Both the position numbers and the translations under genes were made by a program. Of a stretch of DNA of 64,000 nt, positions 1 through 9,896 are shown piece by piece. The notes below the pieces were generated by a model. That model did not search any database. It was not told the DNA's origin and worked only from the letters and a program-made list of their open reading frames with translations. Within the stretch, counting starts at the first letter, position 1; every line of letters begins with the position of its first letter. Origin of the DNA: Candidatus Latescibacterota bacterium. Its GTDB lineage: Bacteria > Latescibacterota > UBA2968. Location: contig OZ242010.1 in NCBI GenBank assembly GCA_965204745.1, positions 2,784,001-2,848,000 of the forward strand, written 5' to 3'.

Positions 1-388
1 GCAAAACGCCGTTTTGGAGCGTGGAGTGCATGCGGTGACGCGGCGTGGAAGACGCAATGCCGAGTTTGTACCCCGCGGTTTGGAGATGTGCGAGCAGGTC
101 GAGAAACCCGGGCATGAGGGCGATTTGAGCGGGATCCGCAATCGCGGCCTCAAACCGGGTCATCCACGAGTGGAGAAAATCTTCCGGGCGAACCGGCAAT
201 GCGTAGCGCGTCACCGCATTCGCGCTGTTGTCCGCTACCGGATGCCCAACGCAACGCACGTAATCCGCACGGGGAATGTCGACCCCCTGTTCATTGAGGG
301 TCTGGTTATAGGTCTCGTAATAAAGGGTTTCCGTATCGACAATCAGGCCATCCATATCAAAGAGGACGGCCTGGTATGATTTCAACAT
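1..388 (-). CDS. HAD-superfamily hydrolase/phosphatase (subfamily IA), 3' end runs off the window
   Basis: Not in the ORF track. Manual translation from ATG 388 gives MLKSYQAVLFDMDGLIVDTE...LGIASS, with HAD motif I (DxDG) and motif II; the frame is open to the window edge. Confidence 0.9.
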   Translation of the reverse strand, partial: MLKSYQAVLFDMDGLIVDTETLYYETYNQTLNEQGVDIPRADYVRCVGHPVADNSANAVTRYALPVRPEDFLHSWMTRFEAAIADPAQIALMPGFLDLLAHLQTAGYKLGIASSTPRHRMHSTLQNGVL

Positions 389-406
389 GATTTTTCCTGC
401 GTGAAC

Positions 407-1240
407 TTAAAACTGATAGGAATAATACAGCGCGATGCCGTGTTCTTTCGCATAAGCCGCAACGGGTTCAGACGAGATCATATGCGTGATGAGAACGGGC
501 AAGACATTTTCAAACTGAGGCCTCAGGGGCTTGAGCCTGCGGTTGATAAATCGTTCGATGTGATTGGCGGACAACTGACTCTTGCTCTCGCCGAGGATGA
601 CCACCTCGCGCCCATTTTCGCGCCCTTTCCCATAAATGTTCACCTCGAGGGAACGGCCCCTATTATCCGTGAGATAGGTGCGAATGAGTTGGCCCTGCAC
701 CTCAATGCCATAGTCGGCCTTGAGGAGCGCAGGCAGTGCGCGATAGGCCACATTTTCGAGCGTATAACCCACGGTCATCGAGAGGCCGCCAAGTTGTCTG
801 CGGGTTTCTCGATGAGCACCGATCAAGTCGTTGAGCGTCTGTTCGGTGCGCGCTTGGGCCGCGGTCAACTTTTCAATCGCCGCTTCCACGCGCTCCAGAC
901 GTTCTTCGGTACGCGCTTGGGCCGCGGCCAGTTCATCGATGCGTTCTTCGGTGCGCGCTTGGGCCGCGGTCAATTTTTCAATCGCCGCTTCCACACGCTC
1001 CAGACGTTCTTCGGTGCGCGCTTGGGCCGCGGTCAACTTTTCAATCGCCACTTCCACGCGCTCCAGACGTTCTTCGGTGCGCGCTTGGGCAATCGCCAGT
1101 CTTTTGACCGCATCCTTGAGGTCTTGCATATCGACAGAGGTGGCCAAGCCCGTGCGTTGTTCGTCCAACACCTCGGCGAGAATGGCAACTTGGTCGTCGG
1201 TGAACGCGCTCTCCAATCTGCGTTTCATCTCATGCAACAT
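407..1240 (-). CDS. Coiled-coil repeat protein with C-terminal PD-(D/E)XK-like domain (DUF3782-like architecture)
   Basis: Five AQARTE(E/Q) coiled-coil units, then VGYTLE...EVNIYG...ILGESKSQL. RBS AGGAG upstream. Confidence 0.75.
   Translation of the reverse strand: MLHEMKRRLESAFTDDQVAILAEVLDEQRTGLATSVDMQDLKDAVKRLAIAQARTEERLERVEVAIEKLTAAQARTEERLERVEAAIEKLTAAQARTEERIDELAAAQARTEERLERVEAAIEKLTAAQARTEQTLNDLIGAHRETRRQLGGLSMTVGYTLENVAYRALPALLKADYGIEVQGQLIRTYLTDNRGRSLEVNIYGKGRENGREVVILGESKSQLSANHIERFINRRLKPLRPQFENVLPVLITHMISSEPVAAYAKEHGIALYYSYQF
842..1090. repeat. Coding tandem repeat with 63/42/63/63-bp spacing
   Basis: TTCGGT(G/A)CGCGCTTGGGC at 842, 905, 947, 1010 and 1073. Confidence 0.95.
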
Positions 1241-1635
1241 CGTTTCTCCTGTTCCTTTTCTGTTGACCCCTATTGACTATCGGATAGCCAGCAGTGATTC
1301 AACCAGTGCATTCTCGTTACAACATCCTGCTGGTTCTTGATTTCAAATTGTCATCAAGCCTTTAAGGACACAAGAATGGGTGGAACCCCCAAAGTCATTT
1401 CCAAGTTCTTCAAAGAACGCTTGGAATGACGCGAAATACGACTGTAACTGCTTACCAGAAAGACCCTTACACTGCCCTCTTACTACGCCCCTCGTACTAG
1501 GTCGGCGTGTGACAGTGACTGCACTACCCTCGGATTTCACGCGGTCAGGACTTTTCGCCGCAACAGGATTTGATACTGCAAAATAACAAGCAACAATAAT
1601 CAACAAATCACCTACAAGACATCACCTCCTTTTGG

Positions 1636-3561
1636 TCAATATTCAACGGGTTCTTTTTTTGCAACGCGCCGGGCCGTTGCAGCAATGGCATCGGGCGAGA
1701 GGCCGGCTTCATCGCGCAGGTCGCCCTGTGAGCCGTGTTGAAAAAATCGGTCCGGAATGCCCAGCGTATAGACGCGCTGCCCATCGCGCAGGCGGTCACT
1801 CAGATAACGCGCAACAGCCGCGCCGAATCCACCTTCCGCGGTATTTTCTTCTATCGCGATCAGCACCTGATAGCGGTCGGATAGATCCTCGAGCATCGCC
1901 AAATCCATCGGCTTCACAAATCGGCAGTTGATCACAGCGGCAGAAATCCCGGCATCCAACAGCTTTTCCCGCGCTTGACGAGCGTGATCCACCATCGTGC
2001 CCACCGCGAGGAACACCACGTCCTCGCCCTCGGCCAATGCCTCCCATGAACCGATCTTCAGCACCTCGGGATCGCGCCCGGAAAGCGGGGTATGCACATT
2101 GCCGCGCGGGTATCGGATGGCAAACGGATAATCGACTTGTTGCACCGCCGTGTATAACAAATCTCGCAACTCATCGCCATCCTTTGGCGCGGTGACGATC
2201 ATATTGGGCACACAGGTCAAATACGACAGATCGAAATCCCCGTGATGCGTCGGGCCATCTGCCCCCACCAACCCGGCGCGATCCATGCAGAAAATCACCG
2301 GCGCGGACTGCAAGGCCACGTCGTGAATGATCTGATCGTACGCGCGTTGCAAAAACGTGGAATAAATCGCGGCCACAGGGCGCATGCCCTCGAGTGCCAT
2401 CCCGGTCGAAAACGTCACCGCGTGCTGCTCGGCAATGCCCACGTCGAAAAACCGGTCCGGATGGGCTTCGGCAAACGCATCCAACCCAGTGCCTTCGGAC
2501 ATCGCGGCGGTCACGGCCACCACCCGGCTGTCGCTGTTCGCCAACGCGATCAATGCCTCGCCAAAAACCGATTGGTACTTGGGCAGGGGCGTTGGGGACG
2601 ACGGCGGGCTGATCGCGTGGTACTTGGTCGAATCCGCGCTATACGGGTCTTCCTCGCCTTCGTGAATCGCCCCCTTGCCCTTGATCGTATGGACGTGCAA
2701 CAACACCGGGCCTTTCAAATCCCGCACGTTTTTCAGGGTTTGCACCATCGCTTGCAAATTATTCCCATCCAAAGGGCCGAGGTACCGAAACCCCAGTTCC
2801 TCAAACAAAATCCCCGGCACCAACATGCCCTTCAATCCCTCTTCAAACCCGCCCAGTGCGCGGCGCAAATTTTCGCCCACAACCGGAATGCGCCCGGCCA
2901 AATTCCACGCCTCTTCCTTGATTTTTTGATACAGGGGATCGCCCGTGATCCGGTCTTTCACGCGGTTGTAAATCGGGTCCGTAATAATGCGCGTCAAGTA
3001 GTGAGAAATCGCCCCCACATTGGGCGAAATGGACATGCGGTTGTCATTGAGAATCACCAGCAGATCGCGATGGGACGCGCCGGCATTGTTCAACCCCTCC
3101 AGCGCGATGCCACTCGTCATCGCGCCGTCGCCAATCACCGCGACCACCTTGTGGTTTTCCCCCATCAAATCGCGCTTGGTCGCAAAGCCCAAAGCCGCGG
3201 AAATCGACGTGCCCGCATGCCCCACGGCAAAGGTGTCGTAGCGGCTCTCACTCCGCAACGGAAACCCGCTGATCCCGCCCGGTTGCCGAATGGTCTTGAG
3301 CGCGTCGCGCCGCCCGGTCAGCACCTTGTGTCCATACGCCTGATGCCCTACATCCCACACGATTTTGTCCTGCGGCGTATCGTACAAGTGATGCAAGGCC
3401 ACGGTCAATTCCGCGGCTCCCAAACTGGACCCAAAATGCCCGCCAATCTCCGTCACCACGTCGATGATGTACTGCCGCAGTTCCGTGCAAACCTGCTGCA
3501 ATTCTGCCATCGACAGGGGCTTTAAGTCGTCAGGCGAGTTGATCGTTTCGAGAAGGGACAT
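1636..3561 (-). CDS. dxs: 1-deoxy-D-xylulose-5-phosphate synthase
   Basis: GGHFGSSLG, WDVGHQAYGHK, GDGAMT...LNDN (TPP binding), DVGIAEQHA and GADGPTHHG motifs. Start MSLLETINSP with RBS AGGAG. Confidence 0.97.
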   Translation of the reverse strand: MSLLETINSPDDLKPLSMAELQQVCTELRQYIIDVVTEIGGHFGSSLGAAELTVALHHLYDTPQDKIVWDVGHQAYGHKVLTGRRDALKTIRQPGGISGFPLRSESRYDTFAVGHAGTSISAALGFATKRDLMGENHKVVAVIGDGAMTSGIALEGLNNAGASHRDLLVILNDNRMSISPNVGAISHYLTRIITDPIYNRVKDRITGDPLYQKIKEEAWNLAGRIPVVGENLRRALGGFEEGLKGMLVPGILFEELGFRYLGPLDGNNLQAMVQTLKNVRDLKGPVLLHVHTIKGKGAIHEGEEDPYSADSTKYHAISPPSSPTPLPKYQSVFGEALIALANSDSRVVAVTAAMSEGTGLDAFAEAHPDRFFDVGIAEQHAVTFSTGMALEGMRPVAAIYSTFLQRAYDQIIHDVALQSAPVIFCMDRAGLVGADGPTHHGDFDLSYLTCVPNMIVTAPKDGDELRDLLYTAVQQVDYPFAIRYPRGNVHTPLSGRDPEVLKIGSWEALAEGEDVVFLAVGTMVDHARQAREKLLDAGISAAVINCRFVKPMDLAMLEDLSDRYQVLIAIEENTAEGGFGAAVARYLSDRLRDGQRVYTLGIPDRFFQHGSQGDLRDEAGLSPDAIAATARRVAKKEPVEY

Positions 3562-3688
3562 GATCGCTCCTAAGTGATCGTGAGGGCGGCGATAAAATGG
3601 TCGGACGCATTGTCCAAATATAACCAACACAAAAAAGATCACAAAGTTGAAAAAAGAAAACGCACGAATAGAATCCCGCCCAAGGCGG

Positions 3689-5617
3689 TTACTTGGCATT
3701 AAACGCCATTAAGGCAGCATCGGCTCTGCCGCAAGAGACCCATAGTTCAGGGACGATATGACGACAAAGATGACGCAAGGACGAGTGGAACATTTGCCCT
3801 TCCGTATCTTTCAAATCATCAAATGCGAGTTCCGTCAGCCAATCCCCTACAAATTCCGTCCAATCATTAAGGTCCGCACGACTCGCAGCGGCTACGAGGC
3901 AAATGTTTATGATCTTTTGGATAGGCAACGCATACTCGGCATCGCGCCTGTATCTGCGTATGAGAATTCGCAATTCGTCCGCGAGCGCGGGGCACCTTGA
4001 AACGGCGGCAACTGAAGCCAATCCATTCAAGATATCGACAAGTTGCAATTCGCTCTCTAGGTTTTGGAGATGATAGTTGGACCGCTTTAGTGCTTTTACC
4101 GCTAATTCAGCCTGGCTTGTACCCATGGGGAAAATCAAGGCGAAATTCACGAGAGGAATGAAAGACAGTGGCTCTACCACCTCTGTGCGGAGTTGTGCCT
4201 CAATCGTTTCTGCGACTTTGGGAGGCAAAATGCGCTGAGGGGTTTCGGTTCCCTCTAATGGGCCAGGTAGCCATAGATAGGGGGAATCATCGCTAAAAGA
4301 TTGAAGGCTCCCGGGCTTGTTTGCGAGTAGCAAATCACATATTTGGCTACCCGTTATATTCTGTTCGTAGATCTTGGCTACAATCAGGATACGACCCAAA
4401 AAATCGTCCTTCATTTGTCGAGCATCTGCAAATTCAGGATGCCAGCGCGGGGCCAAACGCATATCGACGAGCGATTGCAGATAATACGGCCCTCCATGAT
4501 TGCGAAATGCCCACTTACTAAATTCCCCAACATCAACAGATGAATTTGCAAACTGACGCTGAATCAATGCGGCTTGCGCCAAGGCTGATAATCTTCTGTA
4601 GAAGGGTGGCTCTGCTGACAACAGCCGGGTTCTGGATAGCTCGCTATCCACGAGACAAAACAATGCCGAGAGCAGCTTAAACCCGCTCGCTTGCCCGTCA
4701 ACATCATCGTCTCGAATCTGCTCAATGAGACGAATGAGAGCTCGTTCTATCTCGGGTCTTGAAGGAAGAACTCGAAGGCCAACTTCAATCGCTCCCAACT
4801 GCGAGATTCTGTCTCCATGCTCGTCCAAAAAGTCAAAGGCGCGTACGAGGTCTTCACGACTCAACTGATCGACATTGATTTTAGCGGTCATTGAAGGATG
4901 TGACGACAAAAGGAGACGAGACAAAAATCCATCATAGGGTCGCCACGCAGACAGGTGGTCAAAGAGCTTCCCGCCTCCCCCGGAGGCGTAATCGCCGATA
5001 GTAGTGCTCCCGTCGAATTCACCCACAAGTCGTTCAAAATATCTACGAGAATGAGGAACCAGAGTGGATAAACCAATCGAGCCACTCCTAATTTTCCTGC
5101 GTATGGAAGGGGCCATTTCGACTGGCGTATCGAGAAATTCATCGTTAAACGCCGCAATTTCTTCGTCTTCAAGAGCGCGTTTTGCAAGAATGTCGCGCCA
5201 CCGGTCAGACGCGCTGTTGGGCAGATTGTAGTCGGAAGCAACTTTATCGAGAAAACGCAGACGTGTGTCCTTGTCCGGCGAAAGTGCCACAAAACAGGAT
5301 GGCAGGGGAATACGCTGATTACCGCGAAAAAGTGAAAGTTCCGGCAACTCTCCTTTTTTTTTCATGTTCTTTAGCCTCCACTTTTGTCCCTCCGTGTCCA
5401 TTACTTTCTTTTCCAATGCACCTGAAAGAACCCTGCGAACAGCATTGTTCAGAACGGAACGGCGGACGGAAATACCAGAATCATGAAAGGCAATAATAGC
5501 GTCCTCCCTAATGTCGTACTCCTTCCGAAATTTAGGATTTTCAATCAACGTCTCACCGATAAGCGGAGGTGTACGTTGCAAAGCTATCAATGCAGATTTG
5601 ACATCGGGACTATTCAT
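3689..5617 (-). CDS. Uncharacterised 642-aa, mostly helical protein; coupled partner of the TIR-TPR-PIN gene
   Basis: Long ORF whose ATG at 5617 overlaps the upstream stop by 8 nt, with RBS GGAGG/GAGG. No recognisable catalytic motif. Confidence 0.8.
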   Translation of the reverse strand: MNSPDVKSALIALQRTPPLIGETLIENPKFRKEYDIREDAIIAFHDSGISVRRSVLNNAVRRVLSGALEKKVMDTEGQKWRLKNMKKKGELPELSLFRGNQRIPLPSCFVALSPDKDTRLRFLDKVASDYNLPNSASDRWRDILAKRALEDEEIAAFNDEFLDTPVEMAPSIRRKIRSGSIGLSTLVPHSRRYFERLVGEFDGSTTIGDYASGGGGKLFDHLSAWRPYDGFLSRLLLSSHPSMTAKINVDQLSREDLVRAFDFLDEHGDRISQLGAIEVGLRVLPSRPEIERALIRLIEQIRDDDVDGQASGFKLLSALFCLVDSELSRTRLLSAEPPFYRRLSALAQAALIQRQFANSSVDVGEFSKWAFRNHGGPYYLQSLVDMRLAPRWHPEFADARQMKDDFLGRILIVAKIYEQNITGSQICDLLLANKPGSLQSFSDDSPYLWLPGPLEGTETPQRILPPKVAETIEAQLRTEVVEPLSFIPLVNFALIFPMGTSQAELAVKALKRSNYHLQNLESELQLVDILNGLASVAAVSRCPALADELRILIRRYRRDAEYALPIQKIINICLVAAASRADLNDWTEFVGDWLTELAFDDLKDTEGQMFHSSLRHLCRHIVPELWVSCGRADAALMAFNAK

Positions 5618-8600
5618 CACCTCGTCCTCCTTCCTCTGTCTGATCCCTATTAGCCACTTTCGCAATCCACCTTCGATGCCATTCGACGAGCTCAAAATAC
5701 AGATCGGGGTATTGTTCTTTGATCGGGGCCAGAATGCTCTCTTCGACCCAATTCCAGTACTCGTCTGTCACTTCCTGGGGCACATTAGCCGGAGGGATGA
5801 GCACCGCCAGGATATACGCGCTACGTCCCGTCTTGGCGATGTCAGTTCCATTTTCTCTGCCAAAGCTGTGCGCCCAGCCGCGCATGTCAACCTGCTCCAC
5901 AATCCAGTCGGAGCGAGCACGCACATCTGAAAAGTCAGCCTTGGTTTTCCACAGGTCTTTTAGCACTTGGACGAACGTTCTGTACAACTCAACCAGCCAA
6001 CGTCCCTCTTTCGGAAGTTGAAGCCAAGTAGTCATCCTAACATGAAGGATGTTTTCCCGGATGGCCTTTAGTTCGGCTGTCTCCATAACTTTGCCATTCT
6101 CGACCCTAGAGGCATTGAGATGATGTGCCAGTTCATCCTCGCTTACGGGAATGAAGAAATACCCGGCCTGACGGAGTTGCGTCCTGTACTCCATTCGTTC
6201 TTCAGGCGTGATAGAATTAGCGGCGACCAGTGCATCTATGATATCCAATGTTGTAAATACCCGCGCATGTGCGTCGCCATCATCGTTTGCATTACGTCCT
6301 CGAATATGGACATGTTGGTTGAGGCATCTGTCGTCCAAAATGATTGCGTCACAATGTCCTGCCAAATCGAAAACACCAGCGGTTGGATGTCCAGCGATTG
6401 CCTGTTCTTTTGGTTGATCGGGATAGATTTGCCTGCCTACCTTTATTTGGCCTGACTCTATCCGTTTATTAACGGCGGCCCGTATGCGTTCTATGGCGTC
6501 TTTGGCCTTGTCGGAAATCTTTTCATAAGAAATCAGTTGATTTGCTTCAGATACTTTTTTTGACGAAATAATCGGTGTGAAACCCGCGGCTTTTAGTTTG
6601 TCCAACATCCCGAGACGAAGGAAATAGTCCACAGCCAAATCATCCAAGTACAGCGTTGCCCCATCGGCAATCTGCGGTTGATTTGCCCAAGGCTTCTCGT
6701 GAAATCGAAAATAGGCACGCGCCTCCTGTTCTTCCCGCGTAGTTATCCGGCCCTTTTGTTGCAACTTATCTACAATGGCTTGACAACTACTCAACACCGT
6801 TGCATGCGCCGTTAAGTCCGCTTCTTCCTCCATCAACGAAGTGACTCGGTAAACCGGAGATGGCCGAACAACAATGCGTTGGTTACCGTCGCTGTCCCTC
6901 ACCGCTTCCGCCTCGGCGATAAGCAACGCCAAATCCTGTCCAACTTGAACGGACACATCGCTGTCCGCCACCGTGCTTGGCGAGAGCCTTTCCAGCACGT
7001 CTGTTGCAATCAAATCGCGGAGTTGACGCGCGGCCTTAATTCGACTGGGTTGATGAAATGCAACCCGCTGTTTTTCATGAAAAAGCCAATGAAGGGTTGA
7101 ATGCGGTAGGTGAACCGTCTCAAAAGCGTCCAATGCTTTATCGAGCGAGTTCAGAAGACTCAAGGTGAGTAATGCGGTTACATCCATTCCTACCTGTCCA
7201 CCGGTATTGAGCGGTGGCGGTTGCCGCTGGCCGCTATATGCGGGGATAGCACCTCGCCGTCTCGGATCGCTCTCCGACGGGTTCGCCAAAGCGGGGAAAA
7301 GCATCAAATCGCCAAGGGACCGGTTGAGGAAGATAGCTACCAGAAACATCGAAATTTCACCATGGCTCAACTGTTGCCAGATTTCAGACGCGCTGCGGTT
7401 CCAATCCGGTTCCAGGTCCAGAAATTCCCTTAGTGTCACCTGCCAGAGTGGGCCATCGTCGCCGGAGAGTTCGACGGCTTTCTGGATCCACTCAAAAACC
7501 CTTGGATCATCTTCCCAACCGGCATTTGAAGCCAACAAGTAAGCCTCTGCTAGTACATCAGCATCATCGTTGCCCTTTTGTGTCGCTGCAAATATCAACT
7601 CTTTTGCAATGTCCCAATGAAGGGCCAATTGAGCCGTGCGTATCAATTCTCGGGCACTTCTCTCGTCTTTTGCTTGGCGTTCTTTAGCCACAAATTCAGA
7701 GAGGGCGTTCCAATTCCCCAAAGAGATTTCGAGATCAATTTTTAATTTTCGGTAGTTCGGATCATCCCAATCGCCATTCAGTTTCGCCAACTCGGAGCGT
7801 GCCTCTAAGAGCATGCCCGTTTGGTACAAAGACCAGCAATAGAGCATTTGCAGCTTATGGGATTGTGCTAACGGGGTCTTGTTTGCTTTTAAGAACGCTA
7901 CGAGTCGTTCATTTTGCTGTGTCTCATGTAGAGCAAATGCAAACCGTTCCGCATCGCGCAAATCATGGGTTTTTTCAAACAGAATTTCGCCATACTCGCA
8001 AAGACTGTCCCAATCGTCTCTTTCTTCAAGGAAGGGAATGAGGGTCTCCAAATCAGATAGAGATTTTGTTTTTTTGAATTGCTCTTTGAGACCCTCAACT
8101 GGATCAGTCCCTTCTGCTTCGGCAATTATTTTTTCGAGTCGGCTTTCCTCCTCCTCGGAAAGCCTGTCTTTTATCAGTGTAGCCAAGCACTTATTTGCCT
8201 TTTCGATCTGCCCACTTTTTGTAAGTGCCACGAGTTGAAGATACAGCATTGCTTTTTTGTCAATGTGAGTGGCGAGTTCGTCATAGTGCCGGGCAATGTA
8301 GTCCGCAATGGCTTCCGGGCTTTTCTGCGTGAAGGCGAGAGCAAAGCGAGCGAGTGCGGCGTCAAGCGTAAGCCCGCCGTTGAGGGCAATTTTTCGTTCG
8401 ATCTCCCGTTCGATTGCCTCTATATCCAGGTCAATTCCAAATTCAACACCGAGATGAACAAAATTAAGAGCGGTCTTGGGATTGCGAAGTTTGGACTCCA
8501 ATCGTTTTCGCCCTTGATCTGATTCATCTGGGTCCCTGAGTTCAAGCCAAAGAGCGTACCCATCAGCCAGAGTTGCCACATGAGGGAGGCTTAACTCATG

Positions 8601-9785
8601 GGCAACTTTTTTTGTTTCTATAAAGTGTTGGTGTGCGACCCGGCGGGATTCTATCGAATCCGCATCTGAGGCAAGCGGGAAGTGTGCGACAGAGAGTGGT
8701 AGTTGTCTAAGTACAACGGTGCGAAACTCAACGGGTACCGTACTCAGCAAGTGAGTTATTGCCATCAGATGATGTAGCACAGGCGCGTCGCGCAAGTCGT
8801 CTTCAGTCAGCGCATCAATACTTTTCTGTGCGCCCTCCCAATCCTCGAGTTCAAACTGATACCACAAGAGAAAACATTTGCCGTCAGAGTCCAGATCAGA
8901 AATGCCTGCTTTCTTCAACCAGTCAACAGCCCCTTGCGGGCCGTCATGATGTGCAACGATGTTGAGTGCCGCGGATCGAGACATTGGCGAATCAATTTTA
9001 GTCAAGGTGCTCAGAGCCGCTTGCTTATCGCCCTGTTGAGAAAATATAAAAGCGTCTGCTATGTCGATTTCCTGGCAAGCTCCTAATTTCTTTGCGATCT
9101 TGAGGTACTCGCCTGCTTGGTCCAATTTTTCAGTACGTGCCAAGAATCTTACACACCAAGCGAGAGATTCACGCTTGACTACATTAGTGCCGCCCGAGAG
9201 TTCTCCTTCAACCAGCTTTCTCGCAAGTGCGAATGAAGATTGGACGCTGTCGTACTCTTCGAAAAAGCGAGATTTGCGGAGTATATCGGTCTCCTCTTTG
9301 ATTTTTTGATCAATGAGTTCCATTACAGCATCGCTTGGAAAAATTTTTTTTTGTTTTTTTGCTTCTTCTGCCAAAGCGTTTGCTATTTCAAAGAATGCGT
9401 CGTCGCATAAGGAGTAATGTACGACCGGCTTTCCGTCCTTTGGAAGTGCTTTCAGCCTGCCAAATGGTGCTCTCTGCCAATCACAGGGTCGTAAAATCAC
9501 AGGTATAGTTATTACTCCTCGTGTGTTTCTCTGCTCTAATGCTTTAACCGTTTCCACTTCTCGGCAGTATGTTGACGCCAAAAAATCTGGGCTTACCAAA
9601 AGAAGGATAATATCCGCTTGTTCCAGTTCCTTTTGGATCACACTGTCCAATTCTTCGCCTGGCCGGATTTGTTCGTCAGACCATATCATGACATTTTCTT
9701 GTCGTTTAAGTTCTGTGAGGTGTTTTTCTAGTTCCAGCCGCAGATCTTCATCTTTATGGGCATAGGAAATGAAAATTTTTATCAT
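5610..9785 (-). CDS. TIR domain + TPR-like repeats + C-terminal PIN-like domain(s), 1391 aa; putative defence protein
   Basis: N-terminal KIFISYAHKD...ADIILLLVSPDFLASTYCREVE...IPVILRPCDW (TIR_2). Long helical middle. C-terminal VGMDVTALLTL, LYLDDLAV and AIILDDR acidic PIN-like motifs. RBS AGGAGG. Confidence 0.8.
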   Translation of the reverse strand: MIKIFISYAHKDEDLRLELEKHLTELKRQENVMIWSDEQIRPGEELDSVIQKELEQADIILLLVSPDFLASTYCREVETVKALEQRNTRGVITIPVILRPCDWQRAPFGRLKALPKDGKPVVHYSLCDDAFFEIANALAEEAKKQKKIFPSDAVMELIDQKIKEETDILRKSRFFEEYDSVQSSFALARKLVEGELSGGTNVVKRESLAWCVRFLARTEKLDQAGEYLKIAKKLGACQEIDIADAFIFSQQGDKQAALSTLTKIDSPMSRSAALNIVAHHDGPQGAVDWLKKAGISDLDSDGKCFLLWYQFELEDWEGAQKSIDALTEDDLRDAPVLHHLMAITHLLSTVPVEFRTVVLRQLPLSVAHFPLASDADSIESRRVAHQHFIETKKVAHELSLPHVATLADGYALWLELRDPDESDQGRKRLESKLRNPKTALNFVHLGVEFGIDLDIEAIEREIERKIALNGGLTLDAALARFALAFTQKSPEAIADYIARHYDELATHIDKKAMLYLQLVALTKSGQIEKANKCLATLIKDRLSEEEESRLEKIIAEAEGTDPVEGLKEQFKKTKSLSDLETLIPFLEERDDWDSLCEYGEILFEKTHDLRDAERFAFALHETQQNERLVAFLKANKTPLAQSHKLQMLYCWSLYQTGMLLEARSELAKLNGDWDDPNYRKLKIDLEISLGNWNALSEFVAKERQAKDERSARELIRTAQLALHWDIAKELIFAATQKGNDDADVLAEAYLLASNAGWEDDPRVFEWIQKAVELSGDDGPLWQVTLREFLDLEPDWNRSASEIWQQLSHGEISMFLVAIFLNRSLGDLMLFPALANPSESDPRRRGAIPAYSGQRQPPPLNTGGQVGMDVTALLTLSLLNSLDKALDAFETVHLPHSTLHWLFHEKQRVAFHQPSRIKAARQLRDLIATDVLERLSPSTVADSDVSVQVGQDLALLIAEAEAVRDSDGNQRIVVRPSPVYRVTSLMEEEADLTAHATVLSSCQAIVDKLQQKGRITTREEQEARAYFRFHEKPWANQPQIADGATLYLDDLAVDYFLRLGMLDKLKAAGFTPIISSKKVSEANQLISYEKISDKAKDAIERIRAAVNKRIESGQIKVGRQIYPDQPKEQAIAGHPTAGVFDLAGHCDAIILDDRCLNQHVHIRGRNANDDGDAHARVFTTLDIIDALVAANSITPEERMEYRTQLRQAGYFFIPVSEDELAHHLNASRVENGKVMETAELKAIRENILHVRMTTWLQLPKEGRWLVELYRTFVQVLKDLWKTKADFSDVRARSDWIVEQVDMRGWAHSFGRENGTDIAKTGRSAYILAVLIPPANVPQEVTDEYWNWVEESILAPIKEQYPDLYFELVEWHRRWIAKVANRDQTEEGGRGDE

Positions 9786-9896
9786 GGTTTTTACCCTCCT
9801 GTTAATCGCATTCATTGAGCGGGTTAGTAAATCGGTATCTAAAAATCGCCCATCCTTTTCCGAGATCAGAGCTTTGGTTTTCTCAATCGCCGTGTC

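Noticed and set aside
5610-9785. Thoeris, CBASS, Avs or SPARTA assignment for the TIR protein
   Set aside because: No SIR2/Macro ThsA, nucleotidyltransferase, Walker A NTPase or Argonaute is recognisable in or near the locus.
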